From positions 160,001 through 224,000 of the forward strand of contig CAVVCZ010000004.1 in NCBI GenBank assembly GCA_963746845.1: 64,000 nucleotides of DNA. Reading direction: 5' to 3'. Position 1 is the first letter of the stretch; every line of letters starts with the position of its first letter. Under the pieces are notes generated by a model. It saw only the letters and a program-made list of their open reading frames with translations. It was not told where the DNA came from and did not search any database. Shown in pieces: positions 1 to 10,219 of this stretch. A program made the translations under genes and the position numbers. Origin of the DNA: an uncultured Chloroflexia bacterium (GTDB lineage Bacteria; Chloroflexota; Limnocylindria; Limnocylindrales; CSP1-4).

Positions 1-2155
1 AGATCCGGTCGGTCAGCAACGGGGTCCGGGCCGGTCGCGGCGCTCGCGTCATCAGCGCCGGCTCCGGCGGCTCGCGCTCGAAGGCGACGGACGTCGACAG
101 GTCGATGAAGAGCTCCATCCAGAGGATCTGGAGGGGCAGCAGGACCTGACGCTCCGCCACGAAGATCGTCGAGATGAGGATGAAGCCCAGGAAGGCGACG
201 TGGGTCGAGATGATGAACACGAGGCCCTTCTGGACGTTGTCGACGATCCTCCGTCCCTCCGCGAGGCCGAACATCAACGTCGCGAACGAGTCGTCGCCCA
301 GGACCAGATCGGATGCCTCGCGGGCGACGGCGGTGCCGGACCCCATCGCCACGGCGACGTCCGCGCCGTGGAGGGCGGGCGCGTCGTTCACGCCGTCGCC
401 GGTGACGGCAACCGTCCGACCGCGGGACCGGGCTGCCCGGACCAGCCGGAGCTTCTGGTCGGGGGTCGAGCGGGCGACCACATGGAGATCCGCCAGGCGG
501 TCGGCGATCCGGGCGTCGTCCCAGGCCGCGATCTCCTCGCCGGTGACGATCGTGTCCGCCGGGATCCCGGCATCGCGCGCGATGCTCGCGGCCGTGTTCG
601 GATGGTCGCCCGTCACGACGACGACCTGGATGCCGGCTCCGCGTGCCGACGCGATCGCATCGGGGATCCCTGCCCGGATCGGATCGGCGAAGCCCACGAG
701 GGCGCGCATCTCCCACGGTCCGTCGTCCACCTGACGCGCGAGCCCGACGAGGCGCTCGCCCGTCGCGGCGGCCGCTTCGAACGCACGGTGCCAGCTCTCG
801 CGCTCCGGACCCGGATCGCCGTCGACGAAGGTGAGAACGACCTCCGGCGCACCGAGCGCCAGGCTCTCGACGGAGCCTTCGCGCCGGGCGCGGGTGAGGG
901 TCACCGGTCGGGCATCGGAGACGGGTTCGGCCTCGACGAGCTCGCCCGGATCGAGCTCGCTCTCGCCGCCTGACTCCGCCACGGCAGCCCGCAGGGCACG
1001 GGTGAAGGACGTCGGGGCGACCCCATCCGTCGACCAGGCGTCCTCCTCGGCGCGGAGCGCCTCCTCGAGGTACCGCCGACGGAGCCCGGGATCCTCGACC
1101 GGACCGCGCACGGTCCGCACGGACGAGACGACGAGCCGGTTCTGGGTGAGCGTGCCGGTCTTGTCGGTGACGATCAGGTCGACGGCGCCCAGCGTCTCCT
1201 CGGCGTTCAGGCGACGGACGAGCACGCCGCGCTTCAGCAGCCGGTACGCGCCGAGCCCGAGGATCACGGCGAGGAGAACGGGCGGCTCCTCGGGGATCGC
1301 CGCGATGGCCGCCGAGATCCCCGCCAGGACGTTCTCGCCGAGCGAGTGACCGCGGACGAACCCGATCCCGGTGGTGAACGCGATGAGCCCGATCGCCACC
1401 ACGAGGAGGATCCGGACGAGCCGGTCCAGCTCGCGCTGGAGCGGCGACCGTCGACGCTCCCTGGTGGCGAGCGTGCCTGCGATCTGCCCGAACGCGGTCC
1501 CGCTTCCGATCGCGACCACGAGGCCCTCGCCTCGACCGCCCACGACGCTCGTCCCCGACCAGGCGATCGAGTGCCGGCTCGCGAGCTCCGCATCAGGCGC
1601 ATCCGGCTCGACCCGCCCGTCCTCGGGAATCGACTCCCCGGTCAGCGTGCTCCGATCGAGGAGCAGGCGCTCGGAGCGCGTCAGCCGGATGTCGGCCGGC
1701 ACCACGTCGCCGCCCTGGAGGAGGACCACGTCGCCCGGGACAAGTCCGGCCGCCCGGATTCCCTGCACCGAGCCGTCCCGGCGAACCCGCGCGACCGGGG
1801 CCGACGCGTCGCGGAGGGCCTCGAGAGCCCGCTCGCCACGGTACTCGGTGACCACGTCGGCGACGACGATCGGCAGGAGACCCGCGAGGACCAGCAGCCC
1901 GTCCCGGACCTCGCCGACGACGATCGCCAGGATGCCCGCGACGGCGAGCATGATCACGAACGGTTCGGTCGCCGAGCGCAGGACCATGCGCCAGACGGGC
2001 TCCGTGGCCGCCGTCTCGAGCTCGTTCGGCCCCGCGGCGGCCGCCCGCTCCTCGACCTCCGCCGACGTCAGCCCGATGGCCGGGTCGACGTCGAGCCGGG
2101 CGGCGACGGTCGAGGGATCGAGCGCGTGGGCACGCTCGATGGTGGGCGCGGTCAT
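1..2155 (-). CDS. Cation-transporting P-type ATPase (type II-like), 3' end runs off the window
   Basis: Manual translation from ATG at 2155 (MTAPTIERAHALDP...). In-frame DKTGTLT (~1165), PEEP (~1290) and TGDGVNDAPAL (~400). Absent from the ORF track because there is no stop inside the window. Confidence 0.92.
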   Translation of the reverse strand, partial: MTAPTIERAHALDPSTVAARLDVDPAIGLTSAEVEERAAAAGPNELETAATEPVWRMVLRSATEPFVIMLAVAGILAIVVGEVRDGLLVLAGLLPIVVADVVTEYRGERALEALRDASAPVARVRRDGSVQGIRAAGLVPGDVVLLQGGDVVPADIRLTRSERLLLDRSTLTGESIPEDGRVEPDAPDAELASRHSIAWSGTSVVGGRGEGLVVAIGSGTAFGQIAGTLATRERRRSPLQRELDRLVRILLVVAIGLIAFTTGIGFVRGHSLGENVLAGISAAIAAIPEEPPVLLAVILGLGAYRLLKRGVLVRRLNAEETLGAVDLIVTDKTGTLTQNRLVVSSVRTVRGPVEDPGLRRRYLEEALRAEEDAWSTDGVAPTSFTRALRAAVAESGGESELDPGELVEAEPVSDARPVTLTRARREGSVESLALGAPEVVLTFVDGDPGPERESWHRAFEAAAATGERLVGLARQVDDGPWEMRALVGFADPIRAGIPDAIASARGAGIQVVVVTGDHPNTAASIARDAGIPADTIVTGEEIAAWDDARIADRLADLHVVARSTPDQKLRLVRAARSRGRTVAVTGDGVNDAPALHGADVAVAMGSGTAVAREASDLVLGDDSFATLMFGLAEGRRIVDNVQKGLVFIISTHVAFLGFILISTIFVAERQVLLPLQILWMELFIDLSTSVAFEREPPEPALMTRAPRPARTPLLTDRI

Positions 2156-2294
2156 TCGATGGTCAGGTTGGCACGCGCGCGCGATGCCTGTGGTGGGCCG
2201 CTTGTCGCGTTCGGGGGGTCGCTTCGGCTCTGGCGCGAACCACCCCGTCGGGGCTTCTCTGTGACTGAGACACCGCACGGAAAGGGGTAGCGCG

Positions 2295-2810
2295 ATGAAC
2301 GCCGCCGTCGTCTACGAATCCCATTGGGGCAACACCGCCGCGATCGCACGGGCCATCGCCGAAGGGATCGGGCAGGGCGCCCGGGCGCTGACGACCGACG
2401 AGGCCTCGGGCGAGGCCCTCGCCGGGGTCGATCTGGTCGTCGCCGGCGCGCCGTTGATGGCCCTCCGCCTCGGGTCCGAGAAGACCCTGAAGGGGATCGT
2501 CGAGAAGGCCGACAAGACCCCAACGCCGGACGTCGCCCATCCGGCGATGCGCACGTGGCTCGAGCAGCTGCCCCGCGGGCAGGGCCGATCGGCCGCCTTC
2601 GAGACGCGGCTCCGATGGTCGCCGGGTGGCGCCACCTCGACCATCGAGAAGGGACTCGCGAGCGCCGGCTACCGGCCACTTGCCAAGGCCCATCGGTTCG
2701 TCGTCAAGGGCAGCTACGGACCGCTCCGCGACGGCGAGCTGGAGCGGGCGCGCCAGTGGGGAGCCGAGCTCGCGGAGACGTTGCGGATCGACGCCGCGAC
2801 GCGGGCGTGA
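2295..2810 (+). CDS. Flavodoxin-like protein
   Basis: N-terminal VVYESHWGNTAAIA FMN phosphate-binding loop; AAFETR; GPLRDGELERARQWG C-terminus. Confidence 0.85.
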   Translation: MNAAVVYESHWGNTAAIARAIAEGIGQGARALTTDEASGEALAGVDLVVAGAPLMALRLGSEKTLKGIVEKADKTPTPDVAHPAMRTWLEQLPRGQGRSAAFETRLRWSPGGATSTIEKGLASAGYRPLAKAHRFVVKGSYGPLRDGELERARQWGAELAETLRIDAATRA

Positions 2811-2811
2811 C

Positions 2812-3027
2812 GTGGAGGCAGGGCGGTTCACGACGAACCGTCACCGGGCACCGGTCCGCACGTACCGACTGCGCCATGGCCCGACCCGGCGGCGTCGGCC
2901 GCCCGTGGCGGGGCCACCGCTCGGGATCGAGCTGGAGCGTGCGGCGCTCCTCCTCGTCCTCGTGATCGTCGCCGTCGTCGTGATCCTGCCGGCCCTGATC
3001 GAGCTCGCCGCCGCGCCGTTCCGGTAG
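2812..3027 (+). CDS. Small membrane protein, hypothetical
   Basis: GTG directly after the flavodoxin stop; single hydrophobic helix ALLLVLVIVAVVVILPALI. Confidence 0.4.
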   Translation: MEAGRFTTNRHRAPVRTYRLRHGPTRRRRPPVAGPPLGIELERAALLLVLVIVAVVVILPALIELAAAPFR

Positions 3028-3131
3028 GGCTTCACGCCCGGTCCCAGCCGGCCCGGAACAAGGTGACATTCGACCCTGTCGTGCTCGGCGGACCGCGGGC
3101 GAAGGTACGTGCGAAGGGACAGGTGATCGCG

Positions 3132-3839
3132 ATGATGACAGTGCTCGATGTGATGACCCATGCCGTCGTCTGGGTCCGCCCGACGACCCCGCTGAAGGGC
3201 GTGGCGGAGACGCTGATCGACAACGGCATCAGCGGCGTCCCCGTGGTGGACGACCAGGGCGCGGTACTCGGCGTCGTCTCCGAGGCCGACCTCCTCGTCA
3301 AGGAGCAGGGCGCCGAGGCGATCCACAGCCGGCACCTCGCCCGGGTCCGCGGCGAGTCGAAGGAGACGCGCGAACAGCGCGCGAAGGTCGAGGCCGTGAC
3401 CGCCGCCCAGGCGATGACGGCGCCCGCGATCACGATCTCCTCGGATCGACCGATCCTCGAGGCGGCCTCGACGATGACGACCCGCCACGTGAACCGGCTG
3501 CCGGTCGTCGATGACGGACGGCTCGTCGGGATCGTCAGCCGAGCGGACCTCGTGCGGGCGTACGTCCGCTCCGACGAGGAGCTCGCGACCACGATCCGCC
3601 AGGACGTGATCCTCCGGATCCTGTGGCTCGACCCGGAGCTCTTCCAGGTCGAGGTTCATGACGGCGTGGCCTCGATCCGCGGACGCGTCGAGCGCCGGAC
3701 GACGGCGGACATGATCGAGCGCGCGGTCCGGATGGTCCCCGGGCTCATCGACGTCCGCGTCTCGGTGGACTGGTCGATGGATGACACCCGGCTCGAGCCG
3801 GTGACCTCCGATCCCGTCTTCCCGTTCAGCCCGAGGTAG
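3132..3839 (+). CDS. CBS-pair + BON domain protein
   Basis: Two CBS repeats (ISGVPVVD...GVVSEADL; VNRLPVVDDGRLVGIVSRADL) followed by a BON-like segment (VEVHDGVASIRGRV...VPGLIDV). Confidence 0.88.
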   Translation: MMTVLDVMTHAVVWVRPTTPLKGVAETLIDNGISGVPVVDDQGAVLGVVSEADLLVKEQGAEAIHSRHLARVRGESKETREQRAKVEAVTAAQAMTAPAITISSDRPILEAASTMTTRHVNRLPVVDDGRLVGIVSRADLVRAYVRSDEELATTIRQDVILRILWLDPELFQVEVHDGVASIRGRVERRTTADMIERAVRMVPGLIDVRVSVDWSMDDTRLEPVTSDPVFPFSPR

Positions 3840-3848
3840 GGCCCCGGC

Positions 3849-4754
3849 ATGCCCGACTCACCGTCCGAGCCGCCCGCCTACGACGCGCTCGTTCCGCCCC
3901 AGATGGCGGCGAAGGCCGAGTCCGTCGGCGTCGTCAAGGCGGGCCTCGACGCGGCCACCCTGTTCGCCCTCGCCGTGCTGGCGGGGGCGTTCATCGCCCT
4001 GGGGGCGATCTTCGCGACCACGGTCAGCGCCGGCGCCGCCAACGTGCCGTACGGGTTCGTCCGGCTGGTCGCCGGGCTCGCCTTCTCGCTCGGCCTGATC
4101 CTCGTCATCGTCGGCGGCGCCGAGCTGTTCACCGGCAACACGCTGATCGTCATGGCCTGGGCGAGCCGCAGGGTCAGCACCGCCGGGCTGCTGCGGAACT
4201 GGGCGATCGTCTACGCGGGGAACTTCGTCGGGGCGCTCGGAACCGCCGGCGTGATGTTCGTCTCGGGCCAGTACACCTTCGGCGGAGGGACCGTCGGCAT
4301 CGCGGCGCTCGGCGTCGGCAACGCGAAGGCCGGGCTCGACTTCATCCCGGCGGTGGCCCTGGGCATCCTGTGCAATGCGCTCGTCTGCCTGGCTGTCTGG
4401 CTCACCTTCAGTGCGCGCACGACGACCGACCGGATCCTCGCGATCGTCCCACCGATCGCCGCATTCGTCGCCGCGGGCTTCGAGCACAGCGTGGCGAACA
4501 TGTACTTCATCCCCGAGGCGATCGCCATCCGGACGTGGGCACCCGCGTCGTTCTGGACGTCGATCGGACACGAGCCGGCAGACTATCCCCACCTGACGAT
4601 CGAGGGTCTGGTCGGCAATCTCGTCCCCGTCTCGATCGGGAACATGATCGGCGGGGCGATCCTCGTCGGGGCCGTGTACTGGTTCGTCTACCTGCGAAAT
4701 CGTCGAGGCGCGCCGGTCGAGGAGCCCGGCACGGGGATCTCGGCACGGGCCTGA
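3849..4754 (+). CDS. focA: Formate/nitrite transporter (FNT family)
   Basis: FNT motifs LAGAFIALG, GAELFTGN, GFEHSVANM, GNMIGG. Confidence 0.92.
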   Translation: MPDSPSEPPAYDALVPPQMAAKAESVGVVKAGLDAATLFALAVLAGAFIALGAIFATTVSAGAANVPYGFVRLVAGLAFSLGLILVIVGGAELFTGNTLIVMAWASRRVSTAGLLRNWAIVYAGNFVGALGTAGVMFVSGQYTFGGGTVGIAALGVGNAKAGLDFIPAVALGILCNALVCLAVWLTFSARTTTDRILAIVPPIAAFVAAGFEHSVANMYFIPEAIAIRTWAPASFWTSIGHEPADYPHLTIEGLVGNLVPVSIGNMIGGAILVGAVYWFVYLRNRRGAPVEEPGTGISARA

Positions 4755-4793
4755 TCGGCGCAAGCGGCTCCGGGTCACGTCCCGAGAGAAGCC

Positions 4794-4820
4794 GAACGGC
4801 CGGGCGATGCCCGGCCGTTC
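4794..4820. terminator. Perfect hairpin between convergent focA and S53 genes
   Basis: gaacggccgggc-gat-gcccggccgttc, a 12-bp stem; no U tract. Confidence 0.55.
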
Positions 4821-4857
4821 CGCGCTGATGCGATGGACGGGGCGGAGCCCCGAGGTC

Positions 4858-6291
4858 TCAGTGGTCGAGGAACGCGAGGGCCGGCACGAGCTTGTCCGCC
4901 TTCGGCGAGCCGAGGCCCGTCGTGGCGTCCCAGCCCGCCTTGGCCTTGAAGCCCGAGATCGTGACCGGCGTGTCGTCCGCGTTGTACTCGAGGACGCCGT
5001 TCTGGCCGTCACGGATGTCGTGGAAGAACACGTTGCTGGAGCGACCCAGCGCGTACAACGAGTCGTTGATCGCGCCGAGCCGGCCGTGGTTGAGCTGCGC
5101 GGCGATCGCGGTGATGCCCGCCCACTGGGGTGACCCGGCGCTGGTGCCGCCGAAGATCCAGAAGGCACCCTGCCAGGTCACCAGCACGCCGTGGTTGACC
5201 GACCCGGCGTAGGCGACGTCCGGCACGCCGCGGAATTGGCTCCGGATCGCGTGGATCCCGAACTGGAAGCCGGGCCGATGGAACTCATCGCTGTAGCCGC
5301 CGCCCGTGGCGATGTCGCCGCCCGCCTCGGGGCCCGGGACGCCGACCACGGGATCGTCGTCCTTCTCGTCCCAGGCGACCTCCTTCTGGTAGGTCCCCGG
5401 AGCCGGGTCCTGGTTGGCGCAGATGACCGTGTGGCCGCCGGCGTCCGTGCAGAGCTGGTAGGTCGCGGCGTACAGCTGCGTGCCACCGACGGCGGTCACG
5501 AGCGGGTCGTTCGCCGGCGAGCTGGTGTCCTTGACCCAGCCGTCACCGTCGCAGCTCGGCTGGGCCGAGCCCTCGTCCCCGGACGAGGCGAACAGGGTGA
5601 TGCCCTTGCGGGTGGCGTCCTGGAAGACGTCGTGCTGCTTCGCCTCGATCTTCGGGTCGACACATCGCTCGGCCTCGCCGAAGCTCTGGGAGATCACGTC
5701 ACCGAGGTTGTGGTCGACCGCCCACTTCGTGGCGTCGAGGATGTCGGCGTCGTCGCTCGACTTGGCGAGCACGAGGGCGATCTTCGCGCCGGGTGCGACC
5801 GCGTGGGCCCACTCGACGTCGAGCGTGATCTCGCCCGACCAACCTTGATGGTCCTCGTTGTCCGGGTCGAACGGCGTCAGGCCCTGCGGGGCGTACTGCG
5901 TGAGCTGGGCATCCGGAAGGTCGAACGCCTCGTCGAACGTGGCGAGGTCGTCGGGCAGGGTCGGCGACTGGAAGGCGTCGATGATGACGATCGTCCGGCC
6001 GCGTCCATCCAGGTTCTTCGCGATCAGCTTGTCGATGCCGTAGGCCGTCCGGATCTGGTCCGGGCCATAGCAGAAGATGTCGACTCCCTCGGTGCCCGGA
6101 GTCTGGCAGCCGAAGACCGCGGCATGCGGTTTGCCGGCAGGCACCCGGCGGGTCACGCCCGGATGCATCTGGCCGCCGGCCGCGGCCGACGTGGTCGCAC
6201 TCCTGCCGGCTGCGACGACCGGCCCGGCCGAGAGCGCGACGAGCGCTCCGACGGCACCGATCACGGCGAGGCGCTGCAACGTGGATCGCAC
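4858..6291 (-). CDS. Secreted S53 (sedolisin/kumamolisin) serine peptidase
   Basis: EITLDVE (E-x3-D), ASSGD, GGTSAGSP and GWDATTGLGSP motifs; signal peptide; GTG at 6291 with GGAG upstream. Confidence 0.9.
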   Translation of the reverse strand: MRSTLQRLAVIGAVGALVALSAGPVVAAGRSATTSAAAGGQMHPGVTRRVPAGKPHAAVFGCQTPGTEGVDIFCYGPDQIRTAYGIDKLIAKNLDGRGRTIVIIDAFQSPTLPDDLATFDEAFDLPDAQLTQYAPQGLTPFDPDNEDHQGWSGEITLDVEWAHAVAPGAKIALVLAKSSDDADILDATKWAVDHNLGDVISQSFGEAERCVDPKIEAKQHDVFQDATRKGITLFASSGDEGSAQPSCDGDGWVKDTSSPANDPLVTAVGGTQLYAATYQLCTDAGGHTVICANQDPAPGTYQKEVAWDEKDDDPVVGVPGPEAGGDIATGGGYSDEFHRPGFQFGIHAIRSQFRGVPDVAYAGSVNHGVLVTWQGAFWIFGGTSAGSPQWAGITAIAAQLNHGRLGAINDSLYALGRSSNVFFHDIRDGQNGVLEYNADDTPVTISGFKAKAGWDATTGLGSPKADKLVPALAFLDH

Positions 6292-6804
6292 GGACTCTCC
6301 TCCATCATCGAAGGGCAACCGGGCTCTCGCGGGCGTCGGGCCGTGCCCCCGTGCCGACGCCGGTCCGGCCGGAGGCCGCCCGTCTGGGGTCGGGCGCATG
6401 CCGGTCGACGGCGCCCATGTTCGCGCGCCGGGCGGCAGTCTGCATGGCGTGGGCGCGACAGACGGTGCGCCCGGGCACCGCGAAACGGATGGAGTGGTCC
6501 CGATCCCCACCGGACGACGCGCCGCCGAGAGGAACCAGCCGGGTCACGGGCATCGGGTGGGATCGCGACAGGCGACCCCGAGCCCTCCACTGCCCATGTT
6601 GCGTCCGGCGCATGAAGCGACAACCGAACACGGGGTATCCCGCCCGAACCGCCCTGAATCGGCGTCGCCGTCGTCGGACGATGCGTCCACCGCTTCGAAC
6701 GACGTCCGAGCGACCCCCCGGCCGTCGTTTGACGCACTCCGCGCGTGATCGTGCCGAGTGGCGTCGCCCATGCGACAGCCCCGCCGGCGTGCCTGCCGAC
6801 GGGA

Positions 6805-8007
6805 TCAGGCTGGACGCAGCGCGTATGCCTGTGTGGGTTCGACTCGACCCTTGACCGTGACCGGCCCGAGCGGCGAGAGCTCGAACGGTCCGTCGAGCCC
6901 GGCCGCAGTCAGCGGGCCGATCACGACCTCGCCGGCCTTCGCGACGCCGCCGAGCCTCGCGGCGAGATTGGTCGTGTCGCCGATCGCCGTGAAGTTCTGG
7001 TAGGTCTCACTGCCGATGTTGCCGACCAGCGCCGGCCCTGAGTTGACCCCGATGTGGAAGCGCGGGCCAGGACGCGCCCCCGTGGCCAGCGACTCCGTGC
7101 GCTCGAGGATCGCCAGGGCGGCAGCGCACGCGCGCGAACACTGATCGGCCTGGGGCTTCGGGGCTCCGAACACGGCCATGACGGCGTCGCCGGCGAGCTG
7201 CGTCGGCAGCCCACCCTGCTCGAGGATCGCCGGCAGGGCAATGCCGAAGTACTGATTCAGCATGGCGACGACCTCGGATGGCGCCCTCGTCTCGGCGTAG
7301 GTCGAGTAGCTGCTGAGGTCGGCGAAGAGCACCGTCACGAGCGCGATCTCGCCGCCGAGCTCCGCCCGCCGCGGGTCCGTCAACAGGAGGGCGGCGAGGT
7401 CCGGCGAGAAGTAGCGCCGGACGAGCCGACGAACCGAAGTCAGCGAACCCTCACGACCGCCCATGAACAGGGCCACGAGCACCAGGGCGAGGACCGGGAC
7501 TCCTGTGAGATTGAGCGGGAACATGCCGTACCGGAGCCAGGCCGGCAGCGTTGCCGGTGCTGGCGTCGGGACGATCGCGGAGGCCGTCATCAGCGCGGCA
7601 TAGGCCGCCACGAGGACAACGGCCGCTCTGCGGTGGCCGAGCAGGAGGGCGGTGATGGGTCCGAGGCAGGCCCAGACCGCGACGACGCTGCCGGCCACGA
7701 ACCCGCCCAGGATCCACATGAGGACGAACGGGAGGGTCATGTACGGAACGAACTGGCCGATGGCGAACCATCGGTAGCTTCGTGTCAGCCCAAACGAGAT
7801 CAGGCTCGCCACAGAGATGCCGACGTAGAGCCACGGGATGGCAGCTGCATCTGCGGCCCCAACCAGCCAGTAGATCGCTCCCCAGGCCAACGCAAGTGGC
7901 GTGATGATCAGGGCCGCAACGAGGAGGAGCACCTTCCGCAGACGTGTGTCCTCGTCATCGTCGGATCCGGCCCCGACAGCGAGCACCCTGCCTAGGAGTC
8001 CGCTCAC
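6805..8007 (-). CDS. Membrane-bound class III adenylate/guanylate cyclase
   Basis: About 6 TM helices, then LFADL, GDAVMAVFG and TAIGDTTNLAARL. Confidence 0.9.
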   Translation of the reverse strand: MSGLLGRVLAVGAGSDDDEDTRLRKVLLLVAALIITPLALAWGAIYWLVGAADAAAIPWLYVGISVASLISFGLTRSYRWFAIGQFVPYMTLPFVLMWILGGFVAGSVVAVWACLGPITALLLGHRRAAVVLVAAYAALMTASAIVPTPAPATLPAWLRYGMFPLNLTGVPVLALVLVALFMGGREGSLTSVRRLVRRYFSPDLAALLLTDPRRAELGGEIALVTVLFADLSSYSTYAETRAPSEVVAMLNQYFGIALPAILEQGGLPTQLAGDAVMAVFGAPKPQADQCSRACAAALAILERTESLATGARPGPRFHIGVNSGPALVGNIGSETYQNFTAIGDTTNLAARLGGVAKAGEVVIGPLTAAGLDGPFELSPLGPVTVKGRVEPTQAYALRPA

Positions 8008-8163
8008 GACGCGATGCTACGCGGTGCCGACCATCCCGTGCGCACCCGCGGACGACAATCCGGCGCCAAGGGACGGCCGATGAGCCGGGCCACGGGATGG
8101 GTTGGCCGAGGGCCCGCGGTCGTGTCGATGCGATCAGGTGACCGTTCTGATCGGAAGTTGGGC

Positions 8164-8238
8164 TGGCTGGCGAGGAAGGATTCGAACCTTCGATCTCCTG
8201 ATCCAGAGTCAGGCGCCTTACCGCTTGGCCACTCGCCA
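8164..8238 (-). tRNA. tRNA-Gln (anticodon CUG)
   Basis: Minus strand reads TGGCGAGTGGCCAAGCGGTAAGGCGCCTGACTCTGGATCAGGAGATCGAAGGTTCGAATCCTTCCTCGCCAGCCA: cloverleaf, GTTCGAATC T-loop, encoded CCA. Confidence 0.97.
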
Positions 8239-8293
8239 GTGCCGGCCGAGATGATACCGCAGGGCGTTCGTGGGTCCGGGGCCGGCCTCGGGC

Positions 8294-9674
8294 TCAGGGT
8301 CCGAAGCGGAATGACTCGACGATCGGCAACGCCAGGTCGGCGAACGTCTCGCGCTCGGCGGGCTGTGCCGATTCGATGACGACGTACATCGTTTCTCCGC
8401 CCAGGTCGATCAACACGACGCGCGCGCGATCGGGTTGAGTGCCTCCGAGGCCGGTGAACCCGTAGGGATCGGCGCCGGTCGACGCGATCAGCGGGGCCAC
8501 GATGCCGTCGGCGCGATGGCACGGGGCCCTGTAGCCCTGGGCGATGGCGACATCCAGCCACTCGGCCTGGTGACCATCGATCGAGAAGGCGTGCGGAGAT
8601 CCGATCGACAGGGCCGGATCGTCGCGGAAGGCGGATTCGACGCCCCTGATCGAGCCGCCGGTTCCGGGCTTCGGAACCGCCTGGCACGACGCATCGAACG
8701 TGGCGGGCGCGTGGCGAGCCCACAACGAGACGGCATCGATGCCGCCCTGGTCGAACGTCCGCCCGCTCGCGTAGCTCGCGGCCGGGGTCAGGACATACCG
8801 CACGGGCCAGTCCTCCTCGTTCGCCCAGCCGTCGGGGACGGTGTAGGTGATCGCCCCGGGGTTGCCGTCCCACGAGGGCATGCCTGCCGGCAGCCTCGGG
8901 ATGAAGTAGTTGGTCATGTGGGCGCCCGCTTCGAGCTCGCCGAGGCAGTCGTCGTCGGCGATCCCGCGGGCCTGGATGCTGCAGGTCGAGCCCGCCCACG
9001 TGCCGGGCAGGATCTGGACGCGCGCGGCGCAGGCGTCGTTCACCAACGTCAGCGTCAGCTTGGTCGCGCCCGGACTCAGCGAGACGCGATAGGTCCCCGA
9101 GTCACGCAGGTCGCAGTCCCGGCCGATCGGCGTCGCCTGAAACGACCACGTCGAGTCGCCGACGTCGGACACGACGGACTGGAGAGACGCGCTGGTCGGG
9201 CCGGTCCAGTCGACGCTGAAGTTCGCGTCGCCAGGGAAGATCGAGTCGCGAAGGCCGATCCGGAGCGGGGCGGCCTCCCCGATCCGTCCGACCTGCACCG
9301 GCATCGCATACCAGTGATGCCAGAACGCTTCCGGGATCGGCAACGCGACCGCCACCGACGAGGCGGAGGGCGCAGGCGCCGAGGCCGATGGGAGTGCCGG
9401 CGACGGTGACGGGGACGGTCCGCCGACCGTCCCGTTCGAGCGACGGGATCAGGGTGAGACCGGCGAACGCGACGGCGACGGCCACGCCGGCAGCGATCGC
9501 GACCTTTGCGGTGGTGCTCATGGACTGGAACCTCCTCGCCGGACGCACGGACCGGCGCTGCGGGGTCGTCGCGAGCGAGTCGAACACGAGCTCGAGGAGA
9601 CGATCCGCGGACTCGTGGCCGTCCTCGCGTAGCCACGACCGGACGATGCGGGCCGTGTCGCGATCGGTCGTCAT
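8294..9674 (-). CDS. Single-TM ECF-sigma partner (putative anti-sigma/sensor); frameshift near 9440
   Basis: N-terminus MTTDRDTARIVRSWL...TPQRR plus TM is homologous to 50138..51103; continues in another frame (SNGTVGGPSPSP...VALPIPEAFW) to 8294; ATGA overlap with the sigma stop. Confidence 0.75.
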
Positions 9675-10219
9675 CGGGCAACCTCCCGCGCCGGCGGCTG
9701 CGCGTCGGCCTCGAGGCCCGCGCGCAGGCCGCGCATCGCGTGATGGAGTCGGGAGTGGGCCGTTCCGGCCGGGATGCCGAGGATCTCGGCGACCCGATCG
9801 ATCGGCAGGTCGAGGTAGTGGTGGAGGACCACCACGGTGCGATGATCGAGGGAGAGGCGGCGGAAGCCGATCTCGAGCTGGTTGCGATCGATGACCGAGC
9901 TCAGGTCATCCCTCGCATCCGCCTCGTCGACCGGCAGCAGCCGGAGGTTGGGTGCCCAGCGGCGCCGCTTCCGGCCCTCGGCGTAGCAGGCGCGCACGAG
10001 GAGCCGGTACGACCAGGCGTCGAAGCGCGCCGGGTCACGGAGCTGCGGAAGGTCCTGCCAGATGCTCAGCAGCGCCTGCTGCGTCGCATCCTCGGCGAGG
10101 TCGAGGTCACGCAGGATCCTGCGCGCGACCGCGAGGAACCGGTCGGCGATCGCCTCGGCGATCGCGGCATAAGCCGCCTGATCGCCGTGCTGGGCACGGA
10201 TGACGACGTCGGGTTCCAT
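9671..10219 (-). CDS. ECF RNA polymerase sigma factor
   Basis: Region 2 (LAEDATQQAL...FDAWSYRL) and region 4 (VAEILGIPAGTAHSRLH); ATG at 10219. Confidence 0.93.
   Translation of the reverse strand: MEPDVVIRAQHGDQAAYAAIAEAIADRFLAVARRILRDLDLAEDATQQALLSIWQDLPQLRDPARFDAWSYRLLVRACYAEGRKRRRWAPNLRLLPVDEADARDDLSSVIDRNQLEIGFRRLSLDHRTVVVLHHYLDLPIDRVAEILGIPAGTAHSRLHHAMRGLRAGLEADAQPPAREVAR

Noticed and set aside
8164-8238. Prophage or genomic island at tRNA-Gln
   Set aside because: No integrase, phage genes or duplicated tRNA 3' end found in the window.
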